Positions 45,610 to 54,481 of a stretch of DNA of 64,000 nt are shown piece by piece. The position numbers and the translations under genes are program-made. The DNA is taken from the IMG/VR virus record IMGVR_UViG_3300015360_000025; one strand, 5' to 3'. Each line of letters starts with the position of its first letter. Positions within the stretch are counted from its first letter, which is position 1. The notes below the pieces were generated by a model, which had not been told where the DNA came from, made no database searches, and saw only the letters and a program-made list of their open reading frames with translations. Source of the DNA: a virus.

Positions 45610-46516
45610 ACCAAAAAAGATACTCGTGGTTGGTGATGTGATGATCGACAAGTACATCTTCGCCATGACTTCTCGTCAAGCTCCAGAGGCGCCAATACCG
45701 GTGTGGGACGAGGTGGCATATGAGCTCCGTCTCGGTGGAGCGGCCAACGTCGCTAACAACCTGAAGGCTCTGGGCGGGGATGAGGTCGAAGTCTATCTGG
45801 CGGGTATCGTTGGTTTGATCGACAAGAAGATGATCTCCCGGGCAGGCATCAACACAATCTTGTGCGCCGGCAATGAGTCGATGTACAAGACCAGGTACAT
45901 CGACTCACACAGCAAGAAGCACATGTTCCGTGTCGACAATATTCGGACATTCTCTCCAGAGTCTAAGACACATTTTCTCCGTTGCCTACAACACTTTCTC
46001 AGGGGTCACGTGTTCGATGCGGTCATCTTCTCCGACTACGATAAAGAGACCATCAATCTTGACGTGATGGAGATCGTCATCCCCACTTCCAAATTGACTG
46101 TTGTAGACTCGAAGCGGACAGATCTTTCCATGTACAAGGGTGCGCAATTGCTCAAGATCAATGAATACGAGTATGCGACACAACTTTCTCGTGGTCCGTA
46201 TCTCAACGTCGAGAGTCTGTTCGACTACGTTGTCGTAACCCATGGCTCAAAGGGCGCTGAGCTACGGCAGCATGAAGTGACAAAGAGTGATGAGAGACGA
46301 TACATGGTCCATAGCGAAAACTTCGCCGTCGACCCTGTGAATGTTCAAGACGTGACTGGATGTGGTGACACCCACACGGCAGCCATGACGTTTTCTTTAT
46401 TGAAAAACCAGGACGTCCGCTTGGCTGTTCGATTCGCCAATGCTTGCTCTAGGAATGTCGTACAGAAGTTTGGCACCAGCGTAAGTGATGTCAGCTTGGC
46501 TAGCATTGGTGTATAA
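45602..46516 (+). CDS. PfkB sugar kinase, HldE/RfaE domain I-like (second copy)
   Basis: GDVMIDKY, PEAPIPV, LGGAANVA.NL, SDYDK, DVTGCGDT. Confidence 0.92.
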   Translation: MDEPKKILVVGDVMIDKYIFAMTSRQAPEAPIPVWDEVAYELRLGGAANVANNLKALGGDEVEVYLAGIVGLIDKKMISRAGINTILCAGNESMYKTRYIDSHSKKHMFRVDNIRTFSPESKTHFLRCLQHFLRGHVFDAVIFSDYDKETINLDVMEIVIPTSKLTVVDSKRTDLSMYKGAQLLKINEYEYATQLSRGPYLNVESLFDYVVVTHGSKGAELRQHEVTKSDERRYMVHSENFAVDPVNVQDVTGCGDTHTAAMTFSLLKNQDVRLAVRFANACSRNVVQKFGTSVSDVSLASIGV

Positions 46517-46707
46517 TGGGAATACATGAGGGGATTATGAAACTTAGCGAAGACGTTTTGGTAGAGATCATCGACATCGTACGCCAGGGGATTGCCGAAG
46601 GAAAGGACATCTCTGAACTCTTGAGAAAGATGGAGCTCGGCGTGGAACCCGACAGCGAGCTCGGTCCAGACGACAAGATCTTTCTCGAAAAGAATCGAGC
46701 GTACTGA
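46516..46707 (+). CDS. Small hypothetical protein
   Basis: 63-aa ORF; likely start ATG 46537. Confidence 0.6.
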   Translation: MGIHEGIMKLSEDVLVEIIDIVRQGIAEGKDISELLRKMELGVEPDSELGPDDKIFLEKNRAY

Positions 46708-46934
46708 TGCCGACGTACGTGTACGAATGCTTGAGCTGTCAGACTCGACTGGAGGTTGTCCAGAAGTTTGACGATCCGGCGCCGATGTGTGAAAGATGCG
46801 AGTCACACTCGACTGAGTGTCCTGACGGATGCTCCAACGTTCCGTATATGGAGAGGGTCATCGTCCCCGGGACATTCATTCTGAAGGGACGTGGCTGGGC
46901 CAAAGACGGATATTCTGTAGGGAAGAAGAAATGA
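46707..46934 (+). CDS. FmdB-family zinc-ribbon protein
   Basis: MPTYVYEC..C...F.LKG.GWAKDGY. Confidence 0.9.
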   Translation: MPTYVYECLSCQTRLEVVQKFDDPAPMCERCESHSTECPDGCSNVPYMERVIVPGTFILKGRGWAKDGYSVGKKK

Positions 46935-47269
46935 TCGGAATCATCATAGGAATCCTGTTGTTCTTGTCACTTGTGGCGAACGGCGTCATGATCTACATCT
47001 GCTGGAAGTTTGCCAGGCGACTCTTTCAGTTCGATGATCTCTTCGTCATGTTGACAGACGACATCGACGTTAATGCGCGCTACCTTGAGAAGCTGACCAA
47101 TACTCCGCTTCTGGAGAACTCTCCCGAGATAGTCACGGCACACAACAACATGAAGATAGTCGGACAGCGCTTGGACGAGTTCATCGTACGCATGGAAGAG
47201 ATCACGGGCCGCGAGCTGCGGAAAAAAGACGGACTGGAAGTTGGCAAGAATCCACCAGTTATCAGCTAA
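46931..47269 (+). CDS. Membrane-anchored hypothetical protein
   Basis: ATG 46931 in track ORF 46829-47269; N-terminal TM. Confidence 0.7.
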   Translation: MIGIIIGILLFLSLVANGVMIYICWKFARRLFQFDDLFVMLTDDIDVNARYLEKLTNTPLLENSPEIVTAHNNMKIVGQRLDEFIVRMEEITGRELRKKDGLEVGKNPPVIS

Positions 47270-47278
47270 AGGGGAAAA

Positions 47279-47953
47279 ATGGCTCAATACTTTACAAAAG
47301 ATACAGACAAGGCTCTCGCGGCATTCCTGGCAACTGATGAGGTCGCCGACAAACATGAGATTTTTGACAAGAAGATCAGACCGGCTTTCGAGAAACTTGT
47401 CGAGAATCTCATCTTCGTTTACGGATTCTACACCATTGATGACGTGGAGACACTGAAGCGAGAGGGTTTGTCTAACCTGTACGAGATGATCCCGAAGTTC
47501 GATCCAAACAAGGGGACCAAGGGATTTTCTTACTTCAATGTGGTTGCCAAGAACTGGTTTGTCCAGAAAACCCGAGAGCGGAACAGAAAGCACAGAATTG
47601 AAAGCGAGCTTCACACCGACTTGGACAACGAGTCTGCACAGAGCGATCCGAACTTCTCCATCAGTCCGCACGAAGATCTCCTCGAAGACAAGGAACAGTG
47701 GATCAAGTTCTACGAGGCGATGGAATCGTGGAGAGACCAACTGCCGAAGAAATCCGAACGGCAGGTCCTGGAAGCTGTCATCTTCCTCATGAGAAATCCT
47801 GACCTCGTCACTATTTATAACAAGAAGGCAGTATACCTCTATCTTAGAGAGTTGACAAACCTGAATACAAAACAGGTCGTCGTCAATCTGAAAAAGATCA
47901 AGGCCTTGTACAACGAGTGGCAGGAGAAGTACTGTTCAACAGGGGAATCGTGA
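47279..47953 (+). CDS. Sigma70-region-2-like phage transcription factor
   Basis: LVENLI..Y...E.L..L.....KFDPNKG.K.FSYF. Confidence 0.6.
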   Translation: MAQYFTKDTDKALAAFLATDEVADKHEIFDKKIRPAFEKLVENLIFVYGFYTIDDVETLKREGLSNLYEMIPKFDPNKGTKGFSYFNVVAKNWFVQKTRERNRKHRIESELHTDLDNESAQSDPNFSISPHEDLLEDKEQWIKFYEAMESWRDQLPKKSERQVLEAVIFLMRNPDLVTIYNKKAVYLYLRELTNLNTKQVVVNLKKIKALYNEWQEKYCSTGES

Positions 47954-48274
47954 TTGGGAAAACGGACAGACGATCTCTTCCAAGAGATTCTGAAGAATGT
48001 CAGGAACGATCGTGAGAAGCTCACGAAGGTCCGAGATAACATCATCAGTGGGATGAACGGTATCGAGTTACAGATCGAACCGTTGGCAATGCTCGGCATC
48101 GCCGAGGCTGTTGGAAAACTATCGGACGTCTTGACTAAGCAAAACGCGCAACTGGTCGAATTGACAAAGGTGAGTGTCAAGGAAGACGCCCCCGAAGAGG
48201 ATGCCGACGCAGATCGCGACAGCCTCTACGACGAGATCGAGTCTTCAGGATCGACCGATGAGAAGGTCAACTGA
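47954..48274 (+). CDS. Hypothetical helical protein
   Basis: 106-aa ORF, acidic tail. Confidence 0.7.
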   Translation: MGKRTDDLFQEILKNVRNDREKLTKVRDNIISGMNGIELQIEPLAMLGIAEAVGKLSDVLTKQNAQLVELTKVSVKEDAPEEDADADRDSLYDEIESSGSTDEKVN

Positions 48275-48285
48275 GGAATCGGTGA

Positions 48286-48900
48286 ATGGGAATCGACTCC
48301 TTCACAAGAGACAATTTTCGTAGACCAGAGCGTGCCCTCCAGGAGTTCATCCGGAAGGGCACGCAGGGAATGTTTGTCGAACGTGACGAGCACACACCCT
48401 TCTTGTATCGAGCCCTTGTCATCGGGGTCGACGTCGAAGGTGGAAAACTCGAGAATCCAGACGCTTCTGGTGGTGGGTTATCACACAACGTCAATGGCAA
48501 GAAGTTTGACGTGCCGCCGCGCTCAGGACCGAAGAACCCACAGAACAGCATTAAGGCTCGTATCTTGTCTGACGGGCTCGACAAGTTCGCCAAGGACGAA
48601 GACCTCCGTGTGTTTTGGCCGTTCTTTCCGGAGAACATGTCGGTGCCCATCAAGCCGGGCGAGCACGTGTACGTAATATTCGAGGATTCGCAGATGCAAC
48701 ACGGTCTGTGGATCTCCAAGATCCCGGGACACCAGGGTGTTAACTACGCGCCGGGCAAGGACTACTACAAGCCGACCCAAGGTGGTCTATCCAAGAAGTT
48801 CAACGACACTGCTGCCGTTTCGAGCGAAGAGAAGAAGTTCGACAAAGACACGGACGCAGCTGAAACAAAACCTGGTAACAAGTTGAGTTCGCTCTTCTGA
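48286..48900 (+). CDS. Baseplate spike OB-fold-like protein
   Basis: VIGVD...KARI...WPFF...PIKPGEHVYVIFE pattern; baseplate context. Confidence 0.5.
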   Translation: MGIDSFTRDNFRRPERALQEFIRKGTQGMFVERDEHTPFLYRALVIGVDVEGGKLENPDASGGGLSHNVNGKKFDVPPRSGPKNPQNSIKARILSDGLDKFAKDEDLRVFWPFFPENMSVPIKPGEHVYVIFEDSQMQHGLWISKIPGHQGVNYAPGKDYYKPTQGGLSKKFNDTAAVSSEEKKFDKDTDAAETKPGNKLSSLF

Positions 48901-48909
48901 GGTCACTCC

Positions 48910-49698
48910 ATGGCCGCCGACGTCGTCGTTGAGGCAGTCCCCAAGTTTACACGTCGCTACGGTGATTATGTGTTTGAGGGATCCAACAACACCATCTTCA
49001 TCATGGGAACAGATCGTGCCAAGGCTGGTCCGGCCGGTCTTGGCGATGGAAATGGTCACGTCGGTGCGGCCAACAAAGGCGCCGGCACAGCCACTATCCA
49101 CATCATCGCAGGGCGCAATGGAAAAGATCCAGACATGAAGGACGACTCGTCCTTCCTATACCTCAGCAAAAAAACGAAGGCCGACACCAACCTTGCCATC
49201 ACTGGAGTGGCTGGAGTGTCGACTGACGACAAGCCAAGCGCAATCTTGAAGTCTGACGTCATCCGGATCATTGGTCGCAAGGATCTCAAGATCTGCGTGA
49301 ATGACGATGAGAAGCACTACATGTTCATGAATGGATCGAAGTTTAAGGTCGAGTTCAACACAAATGCGACCATCGAGATCGTCGACAAGAAGATCACGGT
49401 TAAGATGGGAAGTGATACGATAGTGATGGACGATAAGAAAGCAGTCGTTACTATTGACAAGACGATCCTGACAATGGACGGTAAGAAAGTGAAGATAGAT
49501 TCTCCAAAGATACATTTGACTGGTGGTTGCGAAGAACCGTGGGATACTCTTTTCGATAAAATAGATACGTTTTGTACTGGGCATAATCACATGTCTGCAG
49601 TTGGTCCAACGACTCCAGTTCCGGCCGGTCCTACTGCGAAAATGGCTGCCGATGTTAAGACTGCCAAAGGTGGTTGGGATACAAAGGTTAAGAGCTGA
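48910..49698 (+). CDS. Baseplate spike (gpV/gp5 beta-helix-like) protein
   Basis: Repetitive beta-strand segment and terminal HNH..VGPT apex motif. Confidence 0.55.
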   Translation: MAADVVVEAVPKFTRRYGDYVFEGSNNTIFIMGTDRAKAGPAGLGDGNGHVGAANKGAGTATIHIIAGRNGKDPDMKDDSSFLYLSKKTKADTNLAITGVAGVSTDDKPSAILKSDVIRIIGRKDLKICVNDDEKHYMFMNGSKFKVEFNTNATIEIVDKKITVKMGSDTIVMDDKKAVVTIDKTILTMDGKKVKIDSPKIHLTGGCEEPWDTLFDKIDTFCTGHNHMSAVGPTTPVPAGPTAKMAADVKTAKGGWDTKVKS

Positions 49699-50240
49699 TG
49701 CCGTTAAGTAAATCTTCTCTAAAATCAGCCTTGAAAGCCGCTTTCGAGAAACAATTAACTGCCACATCTGGTCCAACCCTTGTTCCGAATATCACTCCCG
49801 CCCTAGCTGCAGATTTGGGGAAAGCATATCACGATTATGCTTCCGATGCTAAGATCGGCGCAGCGAAGTTGTCCAGCAAAGGAACAGCTTCAGCTGTTGC
49901 TGGTGCTTTGACTGGAAATGATTACTTCGACGGATGGGAAGCTGGTACTAAAGCTTGGTGGGACGCCGCATCGGCCGATAGTGGAAACGGCGTGTACATC
50001 ACTGGTGCGAAACCAAAATCGGCAGGGCTCTTAGGAGTTAAGGCCGATATTAGGAAGCTTCTTCCGAAGCCAGCGGGAGATCTTGAAGATCCTCCTGCGA
50101 CTGAGCTCGATGATTTTTGCGGAAAGCTTGCTGACGTCTTAAATAAGTTTACGACCAAGATAGAAGTTCCTACTGACGATGATAACTCGGCAAAGTCTTC
50201 CGGTCCAACTCCGACATCTCCTGTACCGAAGGTCAGCTGA
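49698..50240 (+). CDS. Hypothetical baseplate-region protein
   Basis: TGATG coupling; context. Confidence 0.65.
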   Translation: MPLSKSSLKSALKAAFEKQLTATSGPTLVPNITPALAADLGKAYHDYASDAKIGAAKLSSKGTASAVAGALTGNDYFDGWEAGTKAWWDAASADSGNGVYITGAKPKSAGLLGVKADIRKLLPKPAGDLEDPPATELDDFCGKLADVLNKFTTKIEVPTDDDNSAKSSGPTPTSPVPKVS

Positions 50241-50294
50241 TATCCATTCGGTAAGAATCTAAGAGGTTGTCCTACTTATACGAGAGGACGACCC

Positions 50295-50690
50295 ATGGGC
50301 ATTGGTTTCACACTTCCATTTTCTAAGTCGACAACTGAGGTCGGGTACTTCGAGACTACCTCGAGCGATATCGCCGCGGTCAAGGAAAACCTGAAGTCTC
50401 TCCTCCTCACGAACTGGGGAGAGAGAGTCAACCACTACTACTTTGGTTGTAATTTCAAGGAGTTTCTTTTCGAGAACATCCATCCCGCCGAACTGAAATC
50501 GAGGATTGGTGAACGTGTCTTGAGCCAGGTAGAGACCTGGTTGCCGTTTCTGGCGATAGAGACTTTGAACGTCAACCTCACGGAAGACGACTCAAACCTC
50601 CCGGAGAATGCCGTAGGTATACGGATCGACTTTAAATTGGTCTCCAAGCCTGATCTTTCAAGTCGTCTTGAGATAGTCGTAGCACAATGA
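50295..50690 (+). CDS. Baseplate wedge gp25/GPW-like protein
   Basis: IKxNL..LLLT..GER....FGC.....LFE...I...V..WLP.L.I pattern. Confidence 0.88.
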   Translation: MGIGFTLPFSKSTTEVGYFETTSSDIAAVKENLKSLLLTNWGERVNHYYFGCNFKEFLFENIHPAELKSRIGERVLSQVETWLPFLAIETLNVNLTEDDSNLPENAVGIRIDFKLVSKPDLSSRLEIVVAQ

Positions 50691-50702
50691 TGGAGAACTG
50701 AG

Positions 50703-52556
50703 ATGTCAATCGACTTCAAAGAACGTACGATCAAGTACGTAAACAAAGACTTCCAGAGCATCAAGCGCGACCTGATGAACTTCACTCAGGCCCACCACAG
50801 CGGTGTGTTCCAGGACTTCAATGAATCATCACCTGGCATGGCCCTTCTGGAACTCGTGGCATACGTCGGAGACGTCCTCTCATTCTATCAGGATCAGCAG
50901 TTCGAGGAACTTCGTCATGAGTCTGCTCGGCAGATAGAGAACGTCACTTCATTTGCAAAGGCTCTCGGATATAGACCATCCGGGAAGAGATCTGCTCGTG
51001 GAATTGTTTCGATCTTTGCCGAGGTCCCAGCATCAAACGTTGGAGGAGCCAGAGTTCCAGACGATGCATACTCTCCGATCATGAGGAGAGGCTCAAAACT
51101 TCAGGGACCTGCCGGGAACATTTTCGAAACGTTATCAGACGTGATCTTTAGCGCATCTGCTCCGTCTGACAATACTGATAGCAACCGGATGGTGACTGGA
51201 TCTCAATTTGACGACACCACTGGACTTCCGACGCACTTTGCTCTACGCAAAGATGTGGAAGTCATTGCTGGTGAAACAAAGACTGAGACGTTTACGATCG
51301 ACCAGTTCGAAGCTTTCCGCACGATCGAGCTTACCGAAGAGGACGTCATCGAGGTACTTTCCGTCGTCGACAGTGATGGAAACGAGTGGCTGCAGGTTGA
51401 CTACCTCACACAGGAAGTGATCTTCAACGCTTCCAATAACGACGGCTCTGACAGTCGCGTCGTACCCTACGTCCTAAAGCTCAAGGCGGTACCAAGACGC
51501 TTCATTATAGATCGTGAACCTACGAATAACAAGACGTCCTTGATCTTCGGTTCTGGCGACGGCGTGAACTTTGACGATGAGTTGATCCCGAACATCGCAG
51601 ACTTCGCGCTGCCAATCTCTGGACGTCAAGCATTCTCTTCGTTCAACATCGATCCACAGAACTTTTTGAAGACAAGAACGCTCGGGCTTAGCCCGTTTAG
51701 CACGACACTGACCATCACCTACCGAGTTGGTGGCGGAATTCAAACAAACGTTCCACCAGGTTCAATCAAGTCCGTCAGTGAAGCGATACTAGAGTTCACG
51801 TCGACAAACGTCGATCCTATCAGAAAGTCTGACGTCGTTGGATCTATAGAATGCCTGAACGTCAAGAAGACGGAAGGTGGAGCTCCGGAGGAGTCAATCT
51901 CTGAGATTAAGGCGAACAGTTCAGCTTTCTTTGCAGCTCAGGATCGCGTCGTCACCCGCGAAGACTACCTTGCTCGTCTCTTCTCGATGCCGTCCAAGTT
52001 TGGAAAGGTCGAGAAAGCTTTCGTCCGCAAAGACGTCGTCAACGACACGGCGCTGGACATCCACGTCCTCTCGAAAGATGAATTCGGTCACATGGCCCAA
52101 GCCACTGCGACACTTATCAACAACATCAAGCGGTATCTCGCCAAATATAGGATGCTGACAGACGGGGTGAACATCCTCCAGACTGACATCATAAACATCA
52201 AGGTAAACTTCGGAGTCGTGATCTCTCCCAAGTACAACAGGAATGAAGTCATAGCCAAGTGTCTTAGCGTCCTCAAGGACAATTTGGAAATCGATATGAT
52301 GCAGATCGGACAACCTATTGTGATCTCAGATCTCATCAGTCAGTTACAGAACGTTGTCGGCGTCATTTCTGTTTACGACATCCAAATCAAGAATGTCTTC
52401 GGAATACTTGGAGGACTTGACTACACAGACAATGTTGGGAACTCCGTTCGCTTCGACGTCCAGTCTTGGACGCAGAACGGTATCCTCTACTGTCCAGAGA
52501 ACGCGATTTTCGAAGTGAAGTATCCGATGAAGGACATCAATGGAGAATCGAAATGA
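50703..52556 (+). CDS. Baseplate wedge gp6/J-like protein
   Basis: YVNKDF, DFNESS.G, LAY.GD, FG.G, GGA..ES..EIK, QDRVVT..DY. Confidence 0.88.
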   Translation: MSIDFKERTIKYVNKDFQSIKRDLMNFTQAHHSGVFQDFNESSPGMALLELVAYVGDVLSFYQDQQFEELRHESARQIENVTSFAKALGYRPSGKRSARGIVSIFAEVPASNVGGARVPDDAYSPIMRRGSKLQGPAGNIFETLSDVIFSASAPSDNTDSNRMVTGSQFDDTTGLPTHFALRKDVEVIAGETKTETFTIDQFEAFRTIELTEEDVIEVLSVVDSDGNEWLQVDYLTQEVIFNASNNDGSDSRVVPYVLKLKAVPRRFIIDREPTNNKTSLIFGSGDGVNFDDELIPNIADFALPISGRQAFSSFNIDPQNFLKTRTLGLSPFSTTLTITYRVGGGIQTNVPPGSIKSVSEAILEFTSTNVDPIRKSDVVGSIECLNVKKTEGGAPEESISEIKANSSAFFAAQDRVVTREDYLARLFSMPSKFGKVEKAFVRKDVVNDTALDIHVLSKDEFGHMAQATATLINNIKRYLAKYRMLTDGVNILQTDIINIKVNFGVVISPKYNRNEVIAKCLSVLKDNLEIDMMQIGQPIVISDLISQLQNVVGVISVYDIQIKNVFGILGGLDYTDNVGNSVRFDVQSWTQNGILYCPENAIFEVKYPMKDINGESK

Positions 52557-52740
52557 ACGGGATCATTTATCACGCTTTCGATACGAGCACTGGATGACAG
52601 TTCTGAATGCTACTCCCGAAACTAGATTAAACATGTCTCGAGCTGCCTCTTTGCGGAAAGCTTCTCTTGAAACAAAAATGAAAATGTCATCTTCACAAAA
52701 AGCAAGAAGAGAGCGCGAGCAAATCGGAGAACGACTCTAA
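52553..52740 (+). pseudogene. Internally deleted GIY-YIG/NUMOD remnant
   Basis: MNGIIYHAFDTSTG* then, in another frame, PETRLNMS...SLETKMKMSSSQK. Confidence 0.6.
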
Positions 52741-54080
52741 TGTTCTATAGGATCTTCTCATCCAAAGATACGTTCATCACGAACGAACGACTAAACGGTG
52801 GAACTCCGCTCACGTCTTCCAACTGTGGCGCATCTGAGATCCTGCATGTTCATAAGCAGGCTGGGTTTGACCTCACGGCAAGCTTTGCCCATGCCATTAC
52901 AGAATTTGATCTCGCGGAACTCGTCGATGTAACTGGCTCTGCCACGAGTATCGCATACTGGCTTAAGCTGACAGATACACAGCACGACCAGACTCTTCCT
53001 TCCAGTTTTGATCTCGAAGTTCAAGCGCTATCTCAGGATTGGGACGAAGGTCGTGGACGTGACGTCGATTTCTTCTCTGACAAGGGTTTCGCAAACTGGG
53101 ATAAGGCCAAGTCGAATTCTTTCTGGTCAGTTCCAGGCGCTTCAGGATCTGGACCGATCATCTCGACTCACTTCGATACGGGCCATGAAAATCTGGATGT
53201 CGATGTTACATCAATTGTCCAAGAGTGGTTGAGTGGTAACATCACCAACAATGGATTCCTTGTGAAGATCTCTTCGTCACTCGAGGCCGATGATAAAGAT
53301 TACTACGTCAAGATGTTTCATGGTCGGTCGACTCACTTTCTTGACAAGCGTCCGTTCCTAGAGGCGAGGTGGAACGATGCCGCCAGCGACGATCGAAACA
53401 ACTTTTTCTTCGGTATCTCCGGTAGTCTCTTTCTGAACCACGTTGTCCATGGACAACTCGTGAACATTCCTGAAGTCGGGACTGGACAGATTGGTGTTAG
53501 AGTAGTTGATGCTTCCGGTACCGTCGGGATCTTCACGGGGTCGCACTATCTTCCAGGGCAGTACAGTGTTACCTTCGCATTGCCAAGTGCGAGCTTCTCC
53601 GGTTCTCTCTTCCGTGACATCTGGTTCGATCTGGCGACGACCCCGCGTTGGTACATGACTGGATCGTTCGGGATCGCAAATGACCTGAACTCCACAAACG
53701 TTCAGACGAAGAGGTATTTCGTCAATGTTACGAACCTCAAAGATGTGTACGACCTGGACGAGTCACCGCGGCTAGACCTGTTCGTCAGACCAAACGATTA
53801 CAACCCAGCCCGAGTGCTCACCGCTTCACTGGATGCCAACGGGACCGTGGTGACCAGGGGATACTACCGGATCGTAAACGATCGCACCGATGAGGTCGTT
53901 GTGCCCTTCGGCACGGGTTCCCTTCAATACACAAAGATGTCCTACGATCAGAAGGGAAACTACTTCAAACTTTTCATGAAGTCTCTGTCTTTGGGGAACG
54001 TGTACCGAATCATGTTCCTTCTCGATGTAGATGGACAGAGGCAATACATAGATCAAGGTTTCAAGTTTCGCGTGATCTAA
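52740..54080 (+). CDS. Putative virion structural protein
   Basis: SKDTFIT, LSQDWDEG.G, NNGFL, P.LEARW (DNRLRE-like); baseplate context. Confidence 0.65.
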   Translation: MFYRIFSSKDTFITNERLNGGTPLTSSNCGASEILHVHKQAGFDLTASFAHAITEFDLAELVDVTGSATSIAYWLKLTDTQHDQTLPSSFDLEVQALSQDWDEGRGRDVDFFSDKGFANWDKAKSNSFWSVPGASGSGPIISTHFDTGHENLDVDVTSIVQEWLSGNITNNGFLVKISSSLEADDKDYYVKMFHGRSTHFLDKRPFLEARWNDAASDDRNNFFFGISGSLFLNHVVHGQLVNIPEVGTGQIGVRVVDASGTVGIFTGSHYLPGQYSVTFALPSASFSGSLFRDIWFDLATTPRWYMTGSFGIANDLNSTNVQTKRYFVNVTNLKDVYDLDESPRLDLFVRPNDYNPARVLTASLDANGTVVTRGYYRIVNDRTDEVVVPFGTGSLQYTKMSYDQKGNYFKLFMKSLSLGNVYRIMFLLDVDGQRQYIDQGFKFRVI

Positions 54081-54293
54081 TGAAACAATACGGGATTATC
54101 TATCATGCGCTTTGTATTAAGAATGGCAAAACCTATGTGGGCCAGACTATCAAATCACTCGATTGTCGGAAGGCAGCTCATCTCAAACCAACTGGAGGCT
54201 GCGCATATTGAGAGTCTAAAAAAATCACACCAGGGACTTTCCTGGAAAAAAGATCAGATCTCCGGCAAACTGATTTGGTCTAGGGTGGTGTGA
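54080..54293 (+). pseudogene. Internally deleted GIY-YIG remnant
   Basis: MKQYGIIYHALCIKNGKTYVGQT...RKAAH then stop; unrelated C-terminal fragment in another frame. Confidence 0.7.
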
Positions 54294-54481
54294 TGGACTC
54301 AGAGGAATTTCGTTTTGGCAAGAAGACAGAGTACGAGCTCGAACTGGCTCGTCTCCTTGCTGAGATAGGACAGCGACGCCGCCTGAAGCTTAGAATCACG
54401 AAACACGAAGAGAAGTACGAAGAGTTGGTGGAAGAGTACGTGAGATTCTGCGGATCGGAGGAGGGAGATGGCCAAGAATAA
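54290..54481 (+). CDS. Small coiled-coil hypothetical protein
   Basis: 63-aa ORF coupled to both neighbours. Confidence 0.5.
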   Translation: MMDSEEFRFGKKTEYELELARLLAEIGQRRRLKLRITKHEEKYEELVEEYVRFCGSEEGDGQE

